Shown here: piece by piece, positions 60,583 through 64,000 of the stretch
How positions within the stretch are numbered: the first letter of the stretch is position 1
Layout: every line of letters starts with the position of its first letter
Assembly (NCBI GenBank): GCA_963780185.1
Contig: CAWABA010000001.1
Coordinates: 192,001 to 256,000 of the forward strand
Length of the DNA stretch: 64,000 bases
Origin: Candidatus Bathyarchaeota archaeon
GTDB lineage: Archaea; Thermoproteota; Bathyarchaeia; Bathyarchaeales; Bathycorpusculaceae
Direction of reading: 5' to 3'
Made by a program: the position numbers and the translations under genes
The notes under the pieces: generated by a model
What the model was told of the DNA's origin: nothing
Databases searched by the model: none
The model's input: the letters and a program-made list of their open reading frames with translations, nothing else

Positions 60583-61158
60583 ATGAATCCTTTATTGCTA
60601 AAATTCAAGAAGGTAGTTGGAACGGAAGGCTACATACTGGGTGAAATTAACGATTTGCACGTTGACTTCAACTCGTGGCAAGCCACCGCCTTCTACGTCA
60701 TCCTCAGCGATGAGGCAGCCGCAGAACTCAACTTGAAAAAGCCGTTCCTGCGCAGGATAATGGTGTGTCTACCTACAGAGATGATAAAGGCAGTTGGTGA
60801 CGTAGTGACGCTTAAGGAGCCGATAAGAAACCTCAAGGATGTGGCGGAACGGGAGATGCAGGTAAAAATTGTCAAAGTCGAAGGGAAAAGAGTCGTTAGC
60901 CCAAGCGGCTTCGTGGTAGGCGAGGTCGAGGGGATAGACGTTGATTTTAGCAGCTGGCGGGTTAAGGGTTTACAAGTTGCGTTAACTGAAGAAGCCGCGT
61001 TGGAACTCGGGTTCAGCCGACCCTTCCTAAGCAAGGTAGTTGTTGTTGTTCCAAGCACCGTAGTAGGCGCCATCGAAAACTTCGTCACGTTACATGAAGG
61101 CATGGAAAACCTCAAATCACTGGTCGAATGCATAAGATCCTGCCAGCTACAAAAATAG
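60583..61158 (+). CDS. Tandem PRC-barrel protein
   Basis: Two repeats of K-x-VV-x2-G-x3-GE(I/V)…VDF-x-SW…(I/V)-x-A(V/I). Confidence 0.82.
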   Translation: MNPLLLKFKKVVGTEGYILGEINDLHVDFNSWQATAFYVILSDEAAAELNLKKPFLRRIMVCLPTEMIKAVGDVVTLKEPIRNLKDVAEREMQVKIVKVEGKRVVSPSGFVVGEVEGIDVDFSSWRVKGLQVALTEEAALELGFSRPFLSKVVVVVPSTVVGAIENFVTLHEGMENLKSLVECIRSCQLQK

Positions 61159-61194
61159 AAAAACAGAAGCCGGCTTTTTAGGCAAAACTTTCCT

Positions 61195-61686
61195 TTAGCT
61201 TAATCTGCTGAAGATTTTGCTTCGACGAATAGCCTCTTCTATCGGGAAACCCACAGCGTTTACCGCGATTGCAGACCCTATCAGTATTCCCAATAACCCA
61301 ATTTCCACCGGAACCTGAAATATCACTGCGAGGTATCCTCCAACAATCAAAGAAACCGCTACTGTCTCTGCGACAGTTCCCAGGAACCGCTGGGCTCTGT
61401 TCCCGTTGCGTCCAATATACCATGCCAAAGTACAAGCAACCAGATTTGCTGCTGCACCGCCTACAATATCAATCACGCCTAAGCCGCCATAAACATTAGA
61501 AACTACACATCCCAAACTCAAACCTAAAGCACATGGGAGCCCAAAAATCATCGACAACGGCAACATAGCGTCGGCGACTCTTACTTGCGCCACACCGAAA
61601 CTTATCGGCGCCAAAACGATAACTCCAACTGCATACAAAGCAGCGAAAATAGTGGCAACTGCCAGTTTTTTAGTATTTATCCTCAT
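61195..61686 (-). CDS. queT: QueT-family ECF S-component transporter
   Basis: AALYA, PISFGVAQVRVADAM, GCVVSN, DIVGG. Confidence 0.85.
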   Translation of the reverse strand: MRINTKKLAVATIFAALYAVGVIVLAPISFGVAQVRVADAMLPLSMIFGLPCALGLSLGCVVSNVYGGLGVIDIVGGAAANLVACTLAWYIGRNGNRAQRFLGTVAETVAVSLIVGGYLAVIFQVPVEIGLLGILIGSAIAVNAVGFPIEEAIRRSKIFSRLS

Positions 61687-61991
61687 TTTACTCAATCCGG
61701 GTTTTTTAAGGTAGGTTATATACGGAAACTACCGCTGGGAACGCAACTAACAACCCTGAACTATATTAAATTTCCCCACCAAAACCTCAGCATGGACCAA
61801 TCCAACGACGCCTCGGATGGCGAGTTGTAATTTCAAACGTAATTCAACAGCTACCCTCTATTGAAAAATAACTTCGACCTTGAACCTGAAAATGAGCCTA
61901 ATACTGCGTCAAAACAATTGTTCTGCAGCCCAAACCCTCACAGTTAATAAAAGACGCTAAACTTATAGTGAAAACAGGAAGTTCACTTTCT

Positions 61992-64000
61992 ATGCAGCCG
62001 AAACAGGAACCTAAGCCTAACAGGCTCATCAACGAAAAAAGCCCTTACCTTCTCCAGCACGCCTACAACCCAGTGGACTGGTACCCTTGGAGCCAGGAAG
62101 CTTTGGATAAAGCCAAAGCGGAGGACAAACCAATTTTCCTCAGCATAGGCTACTCGACTTGCCACTGGTGCCACGTCATGGAAATGGAGTGCTTCAACGA
62201 CAAGCAAGTTGCGGATTTACTGAACTCAGCGTTTGTATGCATTAAGGTTGACCGGGAAGAAAGACCCGACTTGGACGCTTCGTACATGGCTGTTTGTCAA
62301 GCTATGGGCAGAAACTGCGGCTGGCCCCTCAACATTATAATGACGCCCAAGCTGAACCCGTTCTTTGTCCAAAGCTACATACCTAAACATAGCCGACCCG
62401 GCATAATCGGCATGCTGGATCTTGTGCCCCAAGTCACACAAATATGGAAAACACAGCGTCCCCAAATGGAAATGGTTGGCGCCGACATCAAAGCCCGCAT
62501 AGAAACCATGGAAAAACGAACACCGCAAAATCAACTTAGCGCCGAGGTCCTGCAGGATGGCTTTGACCGACTCAAACTGGATTACGACAAAGAAAACGGC
62601 GGATTCGGCTCAGCACCAAAGTTTCCAACCCCACATAAGATCCTGTTTCTTCTGCGTCTATACTCTCACACGGAGAGAAAAGTGCATTGTCAATTGCTGA
62701 AAATACTCTTCGCAAAATGCGTTTGGGCGGAATCTTTGACCAGCTCGGTTTTGGCTTTCACAGATACAGCACCGACCCAGAATGGCTGATTCCCCACTAC
62801 GAAAAAACCCTTTATGACCAAGCGCTGCTGACGCTGGCGTATGTTGAGGCATATCAGGTGACAGGCGCCCCTAAGTTTAAGATTACTGCAAAGGAAACAT
62901 TGGAATACGTTCTTCGCGACTTGGCTGCAGGTGGGGAAGGCGGGTTTTATTCGGCTCAGGACGCTGACTCGGAGGGTGAAGAAGGAAAATTTTACCTCTG
63001 GACAGTCGATGAAGTTCTCGATGTTCTGGCTCCTGCAGATGCTGAACTGGCAGTTCATCTCTACGGTCTGAAGCCCGAAGGCAACTTCCCTGACGAGATG
63101 GGTCATGCGAACGGCAAAAACATATTGCACATTGCGGAGCCGCTTGAAGACCTTGCAGCATACAAGGGTTTAACAGTCGATGAACTGATTATGCAGATGG
63201 GCAAAATCCAGAACGCCCTTTTTGAGGCAAGAAAAAAACGGATTGCTCCAGCGGTGGATGACAAGGTCTTAGCTGACTGGAACGGCCTGATGATTGCGGC
63301 TTTAGCCAAAGCGGGCAGCGTCTTCGATAATTCAGCGTATATTGAGGCGGCGATAAAGACAGCTGATTTTTGCTGAACCGTATGAGGAAAGGTGATGTGC
63401 TGTATCATCGCTACGCGAAAGGCGAAGTGGCTGTAGAGGGATTTCTGGATGACTACGCCTTCACAGTGTACGGGCTGGTACAGCTGTATGAGGCAACGTT
63501 CAGTGAAGCGTATCTTCAAGCAGCCGCTGACCTGACTAAAAACATGATAAGCAGGTTTTGGGACCAGCGACAACGGCGGATTTTACCAAACACAAAGCGT
63601 GCAGGCGGGCATGCCGAAAATCAAACAGCTCTATGACGGTGCAACTCCTTCGGGCAACTCGGTGGCGCTGCATGACCTACTGTGGCTTAGCCGCTTAACC
63701 AACGAGCCCACGTACGAGCAGATGGCTAAGCAGATGACTGAAATCTTCGCTGAAGAAGTCGAAGGCGCACCCGACGCATACATCTTCTTCCTATCAGCAC
63801 TTGACTTCCAACTCGGCCCATCCTACAGCGTTACAGTAGTCGGTGACTTAGAAGGTAAGGATACGCTGGAGATGCTCAAGACGCTAAGGCGCCTGATACC
63901 TGCCGACCGCCGTAATCCAGCTTAAACGGCCCGACAACGCAGGCTTAGGCTATCGGCAAATCGAAGGAAAAGCAACCGCTTACGTATGCCGCGACCAAAC
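61992..64000 (+). CDS. Thioredoxin-domain/DUF255 (YyaL/SPATA20-like) protein, multiple indels, runs off the window
   Basis: [69 protein letters not shown]. Confidence 0.9.

Noticed and set aside
318-63573. Numerous 60-200-aa antisense or alternate-frame ORFs inside identified genes
   Set aside because: Shadow ORFs of well-supported genes with no independent motifs.
1-64000. tRNA, rRNA, CRISPR array, integrase or transposase
   Set aside because: I saw no cloverleaf or rRNA-like segment, no 25-40-nt repeats with regular spacers, and no recombinase or transposase motifs. This was by eye only.

Overview
This is an archaeal chromosomal segment. Gene content and protein style suggest Bathyarchaeia or a related TACK lineage (inference, not searched). 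In order it carries nth-xpd repair genes, an AT-rich island of small ORFs sharing a repeated promoter module, an AAA-ATPase/DUF234 gene, the psmA-SBDS-rrp4-rrp41-rrp42-rpl37ae cluster and pyrF. Next come a large archaeal-type aromatic amino acid operon (lysC, ADH synthase, DHQ synthase II, aroD/E/K/A/C, chorismate mutase, aminotransferase, tyrA) and an ilvBN-leuCDBA-pheA operon. These are followed by larBCE, rpiA, arsR-acr3-arsC, an Lrp-controlled lysWXYZJK cluster and several surface or membrane genes. About a dozen genes are broken by single-base indels, most likely assembly errors. The main discovery is two short ORFs missing from the ORF track that look like amino-acid-sensing leader peptides. 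One is MSNLANKKANVASWFQSFDYFYYSYFP* (16970-17053), followed by a 10-bp hairpin, in front of the aromatic operon. The other is MKMRDRHLNRWDRRVLIL* (35800-35744) in front of ilvBN-leu. Together they suggest ribosome-mediated attenuation in an archaeon. Also notable are a 7x exactly 10-bp-phased GACT array, a dispersed AC-rich 25-28-nt repeat, a LysX-like ligase with a large insertion, and a HAD-phosphatase/polyprenol-kinase fusion.
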